Source of the DNA: Dipteris shenzhenensis
Lineage: Eukaryota
Assembly (NCBI GenBank): GCA_047967505.1
Contig: CM106538.1
DNA: 64,000 nt
Direction: 5' to 3' (one strand)
Under the pieces are notes generated by a model, which worked only from the letters and a program-made list of their open reading frames with translations, made no database searches and was not told the DNA's origin. How positions within the stretch are numbered: position 1 is the first letter of the stretch; every line of letters begins with the position of its first letter. Position numbers and translations under genes: made by a program. Below, piece after piece: positions 1 through 12,457 of this stretch.

Positions 1-1200
1 GTCCTAGGGTGCACGAAGCAGGGCGCCCTGCTCCCAGTGGTCCTGGAGTGCGTGGTACAAGGCGCTGGGGAGGTGCAGTCGGGGTAGTATGTGAAGGAGC
101 CGCACCAGAGACCTCTTGGGTCTTTTTCCCTTCATTGGGCAATCTCTAGCAAAGTGCCCAAGGGTCCTGCAAATCCTGCACTGGTCCTGTCTACCTGCAA
201 TTTCGACTCTCTGTCGAAGGAGAGAGCCATCTGGGCGCTGAAGCATGATGGGGTCATCTGAGATGTTAGGGTCAGAGACAATGACCCTAACTCGAGGCAC
301 CCCGTCTGCTCTGACTGCCTCTGCCGAGGAAGAAGGCATGCCAAGAAGGGGGGGGATCTCAGTGACCACTCCGAATGTGGCTCCGATAGTAGCAAGAAGT
401 CGATGGTAGGCCTGAGGAAGACCACTTCCTCAGGAAATCTAATGAACAGTGGTGTGACCTGACTGTCTTCCTCAACCGGATCGAAGCCCAAGGTGTAGGG
501 CAAAAGAAAAATCCTCCTTGAACCCAAAGCCACGGGATTAACTTTGAGAACAAGGGCTGTGGACTCCTGGGAGTCGAAAACCACTTGGAAGAATCCACAT
601 CCCAAAAGTCAAATATCTTTGAGGTGTGCGGCGAGATCTCCTGGTAACGCCGCCAGCATCCAGTCTCTAGCCTGTGATCTGGAAGGGTGTGACCCAAAGA
701 TGCGGGCGAAAAGTGATGTGGAGCCCTCTAGTTCCACATCTTTCTTGAGCTGCTGCAACTCATCTTTTGAAAAAATGACGGTTCTGGCGGCCAGTGGAAG
801 TGGACGAAGATTGGCTGAATGGGGATCCATTCGCCAATCGATGTGAAAAGGCCAATTCAAACACTGAAAAAGTTCAGTCCGTGAAACTGCTGCCCAAGAT
901 GCCCTGGAACACGGGCGCTGGAGGAAGGAGAACAGGAGAGGGTAGGAGAGAGGGGAAGAGGAGGAGAGAAGGCGGGGGGGGGGGGGGGGGGGGCGGGGGG
1001 GGGGCTGCAGGGGGGGAAGAGGAGAGCGAGGGTATAGGCTGCGGGAGGGAGAAGGGGGCAGGGGGGTAGAAGGGGGAGGGGAAGGCAACAGCGGGCGGGG
1101 AGGAGGGGAGCGGGGGGGAGGAGGCGGGGGGAGGCGGAGGGGAGCTGCGGATTAGGAAGGGAGGGGGCCCGGGGGGGGGGGGGGGGGGGGGGGGCTGGCT
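1..1200 (-). mobile_element. 5' part of an L1-clade LINE: C-rich leader plus frameshifted ORF1 (DUF4283-like region and CCHC zinc knuckle); continues off the window
   Basis: Overlapping minus ORFs give SLFARIFGSHPSRSQARDW, MGCGFFQVVFDS and CRICRTLGHFARDC (CX2CX4HX4C). These are homologous to ORF1 of the L1 at 49194 (SVYGRVIGHSPSRPAIRDW, MGRGIFWLKL, CLRCHGFGHLAAAC). Confidence 0.85.
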
Positions 1201-1689
1201 CCCATTTCGATGTTTTTTTCTTAGTCCCCAATTATAGATTCTCTAGTTTCAATACTTTACTCTCTAAAAAAACTATGTTTCATTTCAAATTGCTTCATTT
1301 TTTGTTGGTCTTTGAATTTTCTAATGAAATGAACTTCTATAGCAGCATCTACGAAAGAAATCTCTTTAGTTTCTTTTAGCTATCATAATAGCTCTAGCCT
1401 TCTTTATTCCAAGTACCTTTATCTTAATATACACTTCATGTGTAGGTTATAGACTATTTTTAAACTAGGTGTAAGACTTGTATAAGTGTCTAAATCAACT
1501 TCTGCCAACAAAAGAAACATGATACAATAAACACCAACATCCACAGAAGATATCATTGTCAAACAAGATTACAAATCAAATGGTAAAACCTCTACAAGTA
1601 TTTTGATAAGCTAGAAAATAAATATCGAAAAAGCCTTATCAGTGTCTGAGCCAATGAAGTCTAGATATGTTGATGAAGCAAAGCAGGTA

Positions 1690-2180
1690 TGGATGTGTTG
1701 ATGAATCATGGCTTATTGACCAAGAAGTTTAGTTACTTTCACTTATCACAAAGTATGGAGAACAATGATGATTTAATGAAGACATCCATCTCACTGGAAA
1801 CAAAGCTAAGGACTTCAAATTAGCCAACAAGGTTGAAGACAGAGACTTGTATACATTGATAATTTCCATACTATCTTTAAATCCTATATCTCTCAGCAGG
1901 TATGCTTAAATGGAGCAAAGCAATACTTAGAGTAGTATGCCATAACCCACCATGCAGCTAAGGCTTTTCTGAAGAAAACTTCTTAAGAGGCTTTTACAAG
2001 TCAAAAGCCTAGTATTGACCATCTAAGGATACTTGGCTACATAGAGGATGTCCGTAATTCTAATGACAACAAAGAAATAGTTATGTTTGTTGGCTACATT
2101 AACGATTAAAAGGCTTAACACATCTAGAACCTTGAAAAAAAAAAAAATTACAAGCAGGAATGTAATCTTTAACAAAGGTA
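1690..2180 (+). mobile_element. Highly decayed Ty1/Copia integrase C-terminal remnant
   Basis: Translated pieces KPSIDHLRILGY, VMFVGY and SRNVIF match Copia KPxVxHLRVFGC / CIFVGY / SRDVVF motifs; many stops. Confidence 0.6.
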
Positions 2181-2210
2181 GTATTAGTTAAACTCCACAA
2201 TCCCATCTTT

Positions 2211-2770
2211 GGAGCTGCTCCTCTCCCCGTGAGCTGCTGCCCCCCCCCCTCTCCTCTCTCAGCCAGCCCCCCCTCTCCCTCTCCCTCACCCTCGCTGCCC
2301 CCCCTCTCCCTCCCCTTGCTACTACTACTCCTCCCCCTCTCTCCTCAACCCCTCTCCCTCCTCCCTCGCCCTCCCGCTCCCCTTCCTCCTGCCCGCCCTC
2401 CCCCTCCTCCACCTGCCAGTCCCCCCGCCCCCTCCTTTCCTCTCCCCCGCCCACCCTCTCCCTCCCCGCCAGCCCCCTCCTTTCCTCCCTCACCCTCTCC
2501 CTCCCCGCCAGCCCCCTCTCCCTCCTTCCTCACCCCCCGCTCCCCTTCCTCCTCCCCGCCCTCCCTCTCCTCCACCCGCCAGCCCCCCCGCCCCCCTCCT
2601 CCACCCCCGCCCCCTCCCTCCTCCCCTACCCAGCCTCTCCCCCCCCACCTGCCTACCCACCTTCCCTCTCCCCCTTGCCAACCCCCTCGCCCGCTCTCCC
2701 ACCCGCCCCCTCCCCCTCCCCCGCGTCCTGCCCCCTCCTTTCCTCTCCCCCGCCCACCCTCTCCCAATCA
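2211..2770 (+). repeat. C-rich low-complexity tract resembling an isolated L1 5' leader
   Basis: Almost pure C/T sequence beginning GGAGCTGCTCC...GAGCTG, similar to the leaders at 18928 and 48650. Confidence 0.55.
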
Positions 2771-4188
2771 CACGTCTCGCCACGCTACCTTTTGGAACAA
2801 TCCATGCATGCATGCCCAATTCTACAAACCCCACAATATTTGCACAATGATTGAAATGTGGTTGGGTTGCCTCTATGCAGTGAATCTGTAATTTTATGAT
2901 TTTCACCACCCCCAAACAAAATTTGATCAGCATGAGGTATGTGTTCAATTTGACTTGATTGGCATATAGTATAATATTTTAGCTCCTCCCTTTCATATTT
3001 TGAGAAAATGATTCGTTAGCTCCTACCACATAATAAGGTGGTCAATTTACTTGGCATGCAAATCAGGTCTCCAACTCTTTAGGATGAACATGTTACATCA
3101 GTATAGCTTGTGGATCTAGATTAGGAGCTTTGGAGTTTGGTAGAGCATGAGATAATTCTGAAGCTCATTAAGAGTGCAAGCATTACCTCTTTAAGGGAGT
3201 TGGTGACAAATGAGCTAAACCTTTAAGAAGGTGAACTACCTATTGACATGGCATCTTCTCATGATGCATGATTAGCTTGTCTAGGTGATCTTTGATCATA
3301 TTGAGATGGTCATCAGTATTTGAACATTTTCTGATCATGATCCTAATAACCTCGCTCTTCATAGATAAAGACTCTTGTGTCACGGGCATCCACAGCCTCT
3401 TGTGTCACGGGCATGCTTCCTACAGGCTGTAGCGCCATGAAATACATCCAGGAAGCCTCATAAGACAGCGCAGGTCAAAAAATGCAGGTTTGACTTTTTG
3501 GTCAAAGAGTCAATGTGTCGACTTTTTGGTCAACATTGATTTTTTACCAACCTAGTCAATAGTCAGCTGACCAGGTCGGTCAATCTTCCCTAAAAGCCTA
3601 TGTAAGGCTAGCCTATTGGCCTCATTCTTCATCCACCTCTCAGAGCTTCTAGCCTCAGCAACAGGTAGCAGGCTTTGGGACCAGGGTCAGGCAGGAGAAG
3701 TCTGTAGCAGCCCAGCAGCCCCTTCCAGCCCTTCTTTAGTTAATCCTCAGCCCGGTTCAGTCTGGTACAGCAGTCTTTAGTTCTCTTTTGTAGTGAGGTT
3801 CTCCCTCCATACGGTACTTGTTCTGTCAGCCCTCTGGGCCAGCCATTGTTCAGTTATTATTTTCCCTCTTCGAAGGCCCACTATATTGTCTCCCTCTAAT
3901 TCTCACACTTGCTCCACAGTATCATGTGTGTTTTGAGTGCATCATTCTTTCAGTTTAGATAGTATTGAGCAAGAGGGAGAGTGAGTTAGATAGTATTGAG
4001 TAGGAGAGAAAGTCAGTTTAGATAGTATTGAGTAGGGGAGAGAGTGAGTTATGATGCAGATGCAACAGCAACAGTCCGAGACTCTCTTCACCTGCATCAC
4101 TCAACTCTAAGAAATGCGGGACGATTGTGAGTAGGCCGCCCGAGAGCCCAATAGAGTAGCTCGGGAGGCAAAAGAGGAACGCGATAGA

Positions 4189-4350
4189 GAGGTTCGGGAA
4201 GCCAAGGAACTCCGGGACCCGGAGGTTCAAGAAGGCAAGGAACTCCGGGACTATGAGGCTCGGGAAGCCTAGGAATTCCAGGACTGCAAGGCTTGGGAAT
4301 CCAAGGAGCTCCGGGACCTCGAGGCTTAGAAGACCAAGGAGCTCAGAGAA
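4189..4350 (+). repeat. About 5 degenerate 33-bp tandem units in the gag region (EVREAKELRDP-like)
   Basis: Unit GAGGTTCGGGAAGCCAAGGAACTCCGGGACCCG recurs with a 33-bp period. Confidence 0.8.
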
Positions 4351-5196
4351 CGTTCCACTCAAGAGGAAAAGGAAGAACGGGAGCGTAGTGCTCGGGAGGA
4401 GAAGGAAGAATGGGACCAGCAACTCCTCATTTCCTACTCCGACCATCGAGGGAGGAAAAGGGAGAAACTCCCACCGCCCATCAAGCCTTCTTTCCTTGGG
4501 AAGCTCAACTTCACGCGGTACGATGATAAGCAAGAACCCTTAGTGTTGACTTCATGGCTCAATCTGTTTGAAAGTTATTTTTCAGTGATGTCTACGAACG
4601 ACGACGAGCTGTACATCCTAGCATCCATGCACCTTACAGGCGAGGCGGTCTAGTGATCACCGTTTCAGTATCCCCCTATCGCATCTCATAGAACTGACTC
4701 CGAAGTTCTACCAAGTACTGAGGTGGCAGGAACTGAGATTGGAGCTCTTTCACAAATTCCGGCCATCTGTAAATAGATGCCTCCTCGTTTGGATCATAGT
4801 GGTCCTTCTGTCACTTGAACCACATATGCCAACAAGTTCACCCAGGTGTTGATACAGCTGGAGGAAATTATGAAGATGAGCAAGTTCCTCCATGGTTCAA
4901 GGAGCCAAGCAGGTCAATAGTAAGAAGCCCCAGGATTCCATCTCAAAAGAAGAGCTGGATGGCGAAGGACAGCAACAGATATGGTGGGTACTTGGATGCA
5001 GCAACACGAGCACTCTATGCCAAAGAGAATCGATGCTTTCATTGTCATGTGCCGGGCCATAAGAAGGAAGACTGCCCGCATTACTAGAAGCTTCGCGCAT
5101 AAGAAGCTACGTCAAGTGGTTCACCTACAGCTTCAACTCCTATAGAGACAACCTCAGTGGTCATCGAGGAGCTTGAACTGTAGTAGAAGGGCGAGC

Positions 5197-5430
5197 CTCA
5201 TCAATTTCCCAATATGTTTTAGTTCTATGGACAGATTGGTGGTTAGAAGGTCCTTATCCTAGCAGATTCAGGCACTTCAAAGGACATCATTTCCACTAAA
5301 GCGGCTAAGCAAGCTCATCAATTTCCCAATATGTTTCGGTTCTATGGACAGATTGGTGGTTAGAAGATCCTTATCCTAGCAGATTCAGGCAGTTCAGAGG
5401 ACATCATTTGCACTAAAACAGCTAAGCAGG
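5197..5430 (+). repeat. 117-bp tandem duplication covering the protease DSG motif
   Basis: CTCATCAATTTCCCAATATG...GCTAAGCA starts at both 5197 and 5314. Confidence 0.9.
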
Positions 5431-6189
5431 CTCAGTGCCAACGGAACCTATTGCCTTGAATGGTGTGTTTCCGCGGCAACAGATAGAGAGTAACATGCAG
5501 GTAGCTTCAGCCACTCTGAAGATCTTAGGGTGGGTAGATTGTTGGCTACTCAGGGTCGCACCTACGCAGGGAACGGATATCATCTTGGGGACACGATGGT
5601 GGTACCAGTTCACCGACTAGATTATCAGAACCAAGGCTTGGATGTCAAGATCCCAAGCCATGCGTCCAAGTTCATATTCTTGGCTTAGAGGTGTTCTGCC
5701 TCAACCTTTGATTTCAGTAATTCATAGGGCTCAAGCCAAGACCCAGTAGGACATAGTAGTATTACAATAGGACCAGGATGTATCCCTCATGACGAATCTT
5801 CCTCAGTCCCTATCACCAATATGCCATGGTGCCCAAAAACGCCATTGCTGGGCACCCAAAATGGTTCGGGCAGGGCAGTTTTTTCCCCAAACCCTGCGAC
5901 CCCTTCTCGCGCCGTTTCTTTGCGCACCTCCGCTCTAATCTCACCGTCTCCTCCTCACTTTCCTCTCAACCCTCTCAGCCCTCTCACCCTATAGCCCTCT
6001 TAACCTACATCCCTCTCTAACCTCCCCTCCTTGCTGTCCTACAGCCCCCGTCTCAGCCTGTTGCCCCTCCTCCTTGCTCTCCTCTCCAGCCTCTCCTCCT
6101 TGCCCTCTCCTCTCCTCCTTGCATGACGTTGTGTGAAAAAGAAAGACAAAAATGTTTTTCACTTGTTGCATGTTGATGGGTAGGTGCAT

Positions 6190-7700
6190 AGCTATGTACA
6201 TAGCTAGTTGGTGGTGGAAATGAGCTATGGACACTCTCATAAAAGACTCCACATTGATGATATACTTTCTTGAGATGGCAGATACTTCTATGGGGACTTT
6301 TGGGAGATGATGGAAAGCAGTGTGGTTGCAGCAGGCAATCCAGAGCATGGTACCCAGATTGTGACGGTGTTGATTGTGGTTGTCTTGTAAATCCATTGAA
6401 TCGGGAGTTCATCATATGTGGATGGTCGGTGGGCAATTAGATGCTAGTGCTTGAGGCATGCATTGGTGTGCCTAAGGTTGGAGTGTGGAATAATTGCCTT
6501 GGTCTAGTTTGGGGGAAGTTTTAAGTGGTGAAAATAACATGATGATGTGGCTTATATCAAAAAGGCATGCATGAAAGGTGGCTACGTGAGGATGAAGGGA
6601 AGCTTCTGGTCGTGAGCTGGTGGCGCGGGGATCCTGCGAGCGAGGAGGAGAGCTCTGGAAGGGAGCGCACGCCATTACTGCAGGCCTGGAGGTCTTACAG
6701 AGGGGGACGTGTGCGCTACAGGAGCTGGAAGTACGTGAGAGAAAGAGCTTGGGAAGAAGGCATGGCTATTATACCATCTGGAGGATAGCAGTGGGGAGGG
6801 TGTACTCCGTGATGAGCCAGAGAAGCTCGCAGTGGAGGGGAAGAGAAGCTGTGAGGCTATGAGGACTGTGTGAAGGAGATAGGCTGATGGGGTGGTGCAT
6901 ACTGAGAGCACGGTCTAATTGGTGTGGAGCTTGGTCTTGCAGGAGAATTCCAGAGGGAGAAGGTGAGCTCAACAGGAAGGGAGAGAGGGACTGTGTGGGC
7001 TAGGAGGACCTGAGATGACAGGGATCGGTTGTTCTGCAAGTTGGGAGATCTTGAGACAGGGATAGTGTCTTTGAGGGAGTTTGGGTCCGCGAATGGAGAG
7101 ATGGACTATTGCGCTGGTACTATTGCGCTGGTCCAGAGCTGATGAACAGAGGATAGACTATTTTGGCATTGGTCATGAGCTTCTAGCCAGGGGCGGTGTC
7201 AATACTATGCTAGGAGAACAGTTCACGACAGAGGGGGATCTGGTGTTTGTAGTGTTGAAGAAGATCGTAAGCAAGGGTTGCACACAGGTGCAGGGAGTCA
7301 TTGCGCAGAGGCAACGATAGACCACAAGGGCGACTCCAAGGAGGAGAGGCTCCTGATGTTTTGTTTGAGGTCAGCATCGTGGTGAGATTGATGGGATGAA
7401 TCTCGAGAGCAAGAACTCTTTATGTACGTAGGTTCGTGGATCGTGGGCAAGCAGAGAAGATATTCGACGTTCTATAGAAGACAAGATGATGAGTGTATTG
7501 TGGCTGGTTGATATCACAACGTGAGCACATAGGGGATTGAGTGGACGTTTTGAAGGTTTCCAAGTAGCTAGTGCTTGGTTGAGAAGCCATCGTTGTGTAG
7601 AGTGTTGCGGGCTGAAGCTGCTGGACGGGGAAGGCGTCTTTACTGAGAGTTTGAGGGATATGGGCACCGCTACAGTACTATCTAGTTCCAAGGAGTCGTG
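6190..7700 (-). mobile_element. Possible decayed L1 ORF2 C-terminal region
   Basis: LPLHCELLWLITEYTLPT resembles the zf-RVT FLWL...LPT motif, and NLGTMLWIACCNH resembles the L1 C-terminal W..RN motif; heavily degenerate. Confidence 0.35.
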
Positions 7701-9872
7701 GAGTTTTTTCAATCTAGTGATCAATTTTGCAAAGGACAAGCCATTTGGCACATTTGCAGGTACTTTTCCACTCAATGTGAGTGCGAAATTCAGACATTTT
7801 CTATGTTGAGCAGTCTGATTTGAGGGATTCTAGCATTTGGTAGACATTGAATTGGCATTTGCAGGACATTGCAGTCACATTGCAGGACATTTCATCACAT
7901 TTGCAAACTTTCAGCAAAATTTGGGGCTTTTCAACATTTGCCCTCTTTTTGGCATAATTGCCCTCTCCAAATCCGGGGATTTTGTCATATTTGCTTATAT
8001 TTGTAGTGGCATTTGCTTGGCACCGCCAAATTTGGGTCCAATTTCCATTTGCCCTTTGATTTGGGCTATTTGTCCTTGACATTTGTCACTTGTGGCATTC
8101 AACCACTATTTGGAACAGATTCAGCTCAGATTTGCATTGGACAGATTTGCAGACATCTGTCCTTTGATTTGGGCTGGTCATTTGCAGGACAGCTATTTGT
8201 AGGGGGGTCCTTTGATTGGACATACATTTTCTTGTAGGTCATTTTTGGGGACATCTTGTGCATTTTGCTCAGTGTTTGAGCAGCCATCTTGGCATTGACA
8301 ATTGCAAGACATTTTCTGTCATTTTTGGTCTGCTATTTGCAGCCAGCAGTCGTATACTTGGGCAGCCAGCTCTTTGCATTGTAGCCTTGAGGCTGTGACA
8401 TTAGTAGGGCAATGGGAAACCATGAATCTTTTGGGATGCTTGCCGCTGAGGACAAGCTTGATGGCACTTATTGGTACGCCACCTATTGGTGTCCATGAAC
8501 TTTTGGGAGATTGTATCAGGATCACAAACTAAACCTATCTCTACAAAACAAGCATCCCACAACCGAACAGATTCGTTGGGATCACCGAGATGCACAGGCA
8601 CATGCAGTGATTGCCATGAATTGCAAGAGAGTTGTTATACCTCACATTCGGTAATGCAAAACAGCCAAGGCTGCATGGGACGCTTTGGCTAGTCTTTATC
8701 AGATACACAATGAGAGCAGAGTTGCTTATTTGTGCAAGCAGCTTGAAAATGTTATGATGAATGAAGGGGGCAGCAGGGATGCCTATTTCACACAGATGAA
8801 GGACTTCAAAGAGCAGCTCATCAATGTTGATGAGATTTTACCAGACTCACAAGTTGTGTCCATCACACTTGATGGACTCCCTGACTCATATCAGGGATTT
8901 GCTAGAACACTTAGATTATTTTTCAACCTTACCTTCTAAAAATGCAGCAAAACCCAATCACCTTCTGTGAATACCAATTCCCTGCGGTGCTTATCTACAG
9001 TGGCCATGGGTAACCCCCAACCACTATTCTTTTGATCAGCTTGTTTCCTTACTCCTGTAGGAGGAGTAGAGTCGTCAAAACAAGCCTACTTCTACTCATG
9101 CAGATCAAGCCTTTGTTACTGATCATAGGGGCAAAGGAAAAGGGAGGGAAATTACAGCAAGCCCAAACCTACATCTGGTACCTCATCCTCTTCTTTTGCT
9201 GATGGGAAGAAGACGAAACGCTGCAATTATTGCAGGAAACCAGGTCATGACATCTCTAAGCCGGAAGCGTGAGAAGAAGCAGGGACAGCTAGGACAACAA
9301 GGTCTTGCTATCACAAATACTCCAACTGCTCATGTCAAATACAGAGGCAGCCAATCTTGCTCATGATGAGTGGACATTTCTTGTGCAGTGTTATTATAAT
9401 CCTACTCTATATGATTCAGCTTTTGCAGTCTCAGATTCTGCCTTAGATTGGTACTTTGATAGTGGTGCTTCAAAGCACATCACTTCCTGCAATAGTCTCT
9501 CACACACATTGAGCGGCTTTCCAAAGAGGGGCACCGTCACTTGTGCAAATAATGCAGCATATCCTGTGAAAGGGATTAGTCAAGTGATTGTCACTACAAT
9601 GTCAGGGGATATCATTACACTTGTGGAAGCTTGATATGTTCTAGGTATAAAAAAAGAATTTAATTCCTATCTCAGCCATCTCCACACATGGCTTCAGAGT
9701 TCTTTTTGACGGTTATCGTTGTGCCGTTTATGATAATCAGTACGATAACTATATGTACTTACCTGAACACTTGATCGAGGGCTATATCATCTTGACATAT
9801 ATGCACAACAGGCTGCTATAGTAGCTAATGCCGTGGCTGAATCTGTAATTCCAGATACACATCTATGGCATG

Positions 9873-9875
<3 letters not shown>

Positions 9876-9905
<30 letters not shown>

Positions 9906-12457
9906 TATTAACGTCCACAGGAGACCTCGCGGGCCTATGGGACAAAGTGCACAGAAAAGCGAACTCATACAAGCCTTAGTGGGCTGGAGTAAAGGGTACA
10001 CTAGGACCCTTGCTGAGTACTAATCTATGCTAATAGGATCATAATCATAATCGTATCATATCAATCAATCTATCCAAGCGCTGAGACGAAACTGAAGCCT
10101 AGTACAGTGATGGCTTTTTGGTGGTCTGCGAAAATATCTCGTATCTGCGTCTGTCGAGCTGTCTCGCGCCGCTATGGGGGGCGCGGTCTCCTCGCTTTCT
10201 GGACTCTCTAGGCTATGTCTAGAGTGATCCCTCGTCTCTGTCGGTCTCCTCTGAGGAAAGCTGTGATACGTCGAACCTCAAAAGAGTGTACTCTAGGGGC
10301 TCTCTGTCGCACATGTGGCCTCTGCGTCCCTCTCTCGGCGGTACTGTGCCGGCTGCTCATCCAGACTGCTCTCATATCGGCTAGCTCCTCTATCTCCACT
10401 CCACTGTGTCCGAGGGCTGACTCAAATGTATAGAAGTCTGTGACGTGCCGCTATGTCCAATCATCCTCTATGTCCTATAGTGGTCTGACCACTCCCTGCT
10501 GCTCTTTGATCAGTCGTAGAAGCACCTCCCTGTGTCGCCGCATCTCCATCAGATAGAGTGCAACACAGACCTGGTCATGGAAATGGATCAGCCGTGACAA
10601 AGGACAAAATCCATTCCCCTCTAGGTAGAAAGAAAGAAAGAAAGAAAGTTTATTAAAGTCTTCGGAAGACCGATGGGTCTATGAGACTGTGAAAATCCTG
10701 ATACAACGAGCTGTGGTAGTGGAGCTACTAAACGAGCGTCCGTACCAATGCAAAATGCAAAATGCAAAAAATGCAGAATGGCAATACTAAGTCCTAAGTA
10801 CAACATAGTCATGTCGATGGTCGACTATATATCAATCTCAGCATCCTCATCAATATCATCATCATCCCCAGCAACAGCAAGATATCAGGATGGATGAGGC
10901 AGTGGAGGCATGAAGTTGGCAATAGAGAGCTGTCGGCCACTCAGAGGTGCAATCCTGGCACATCTCCTGGTCATAGCTTTGCGTCTAACCAGGGCTACTG
11001 TCACCCCCGTCGGTCGCGCTCCAACTCTAAACAAGGAGGGGATGTCTCCAAGTGTGATCTGTGTGTCGACCCTCTGTCTGAGCTGTTGGGTCACGGGCTC
11101 CAGGTCACGATCATGTCGAGGCCTCATCTCGTTGGGGTCCATGTGATCTAGCTGAAAGAACTCCGTGATAGAGCTCTGAGAGGGATCAACCGAGGAAAAA
11201 GTCTGCTTCTGTCTCCGTGCTCGGAGTATCCTCTCGCGGTGTCTAAGTGCCTCATGAATGAAACCCGCCAAACACCGCTAGTCTGGGTAGGAGAGGAAAT
11301 GGGCTAAAATCTCATAACTATCTCTGAAGAGATAGTGGAAACGTCCTCGGATCTCATAGTACACAGGACACCTGAAGATGAAATGCTCCTCTATCTCAAT
11401 CTCCTGTATGTCACATAGTGTGCATATGCGCCGCTCCCTGGGTAGTCGCTCTGCTTTGCCGCTCTCGATGCGAAGTCTGTGTGAAGAGACCCAGAACTGC
11501 CCAAGAGAGATCCTCATCGAGTGGGGTAGGTGAATCTGTGTGTATCCTGGTGGGTCAATGAAACCCTCTGCTGTGATATGTAAGAAGTAATCTCTGTAGA
11601 AGCTAAGCTTCACTGGGAGTTCACTCGGTTCCAACCAGGTCCGAAAAGTATGTAGCTGTAGTAGATCCTCACGGATAACTTGGTTGACCTCGTGTGATAA
11701 GAGGGGAGAGAACGGAGCATCCATGCTATACTGGAAGGGAGGTAGTCTATCCATGTGGAGCCCCAGTTGCTCAAACCATCTCTCTATACGTGCATACTAG
11801 CACCTCTGATCTCCTCCTGCTGCAAGTGCCATAGAACAGGATAGAGCTATCCATGGTAGCCTGCTACGCCCCGAGGTATAATCCCCATATTCCCTAACTC
11901 GGTACAGATATGTGATGACCTGAAATGCAGCATCTAGCTGTAAAGGGGGTGACCCAAACTCAGCCTGAATGATCTGGTGAGGAACGGATGACTTACCACG
12001 AATCATCCGTGATAGCATGAGAACCTGTAGTCGCTCCACACGGGCCCACTCTGTATCCGACAAGTCTGGCCCCCAACAAGGACTGCTGTACATCCCCGCT
12101 AGGCGAGCCAAGGAGTCAAAAAGCAACCCCTTGGTGCGTGGATCCTGAAAGTGTGAACGGAAGCACTGCCTCTCTAGCCTGGCCAATGAGGCATACCGTC
12201 TACTCAAGCGTGCCTGCATCGCGGGTCTCATAGTGAAGCTCGGTCCGGAGAAGATAACCCCAAGATAGAGGCAGTGGTAGCATCCTCGAATCTCGTAGTA
12301 GGCTAGGCAAACACAAAGAAAATGCTCCTCTGTCTCAACCGCCCCCAGCATACATAGCATATAGATCCGCTGCTCTCTAAGTATACCCGCTGCTCTCCCT
12401 GCCTCAATCCTCAGCTGATGGGATGAAACCCGCATTTGACCAATGGCAATCCTCAGT
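9876..12457 (-). mobile_element. 5'-truncated RTE-like LINE (element A: 9876-10629 plus 12263-12457) inserted in the Copia
   Basis: HQLRIEAGR..LCML..EEHFLCVC.YYEIRG C-terminal motif rejoins across the inner insertion as HCLYLEGNGF. It has a 3' hairpin and (TTTC)n tail. GCATGAGA occurs at 9868-9875 and 12458-12465 (TSD or microhomology). Confidence 0.85.
10630..12262 (-). mobile_element. 5'-truncated RTE-like LINE (element B) nested in element A
   Basis: YLGVIFSGP thumb region, HRLRIESG..ICTLC..EEHFIFRCPVYYEIRG, 3' hairpin and (TTTC)n tail; flanked by TCTATCT / TCTACCT near-duplication. Confidence 0.88.

Larger units (their letters stand above)
3377..5750 (+). mobile_element. Ty3/Gypsy-like LTR retrotransposon remnant (putative LTR/leader, gag with zinc knuckle, aspartic protease)
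   Basis: TGTCACGGG start, zinc knuckle CFHCHVPGHKKEDC (about 5034-5075), protease ILADSGTSKDII and DIILGTRWW (the Gypsy D-I-I-L-G motif); stops throughout. Confidence 0.65.

Noticed and set aside
2188-2948. Long Pro-rich or Gly/Arg-rich ORFs (also 609-1231, 18957-19618, 48697-49318)
   Set aside because: By-products of C-rich low-complexity tracts that lack stop codons in several frames.
11797-12435. ORF with a C-terminal Cys/His motif ahead of the RT thumb as a permuted protein
   Set aside because: Chance in-frame junction of nested LINEs A and B.
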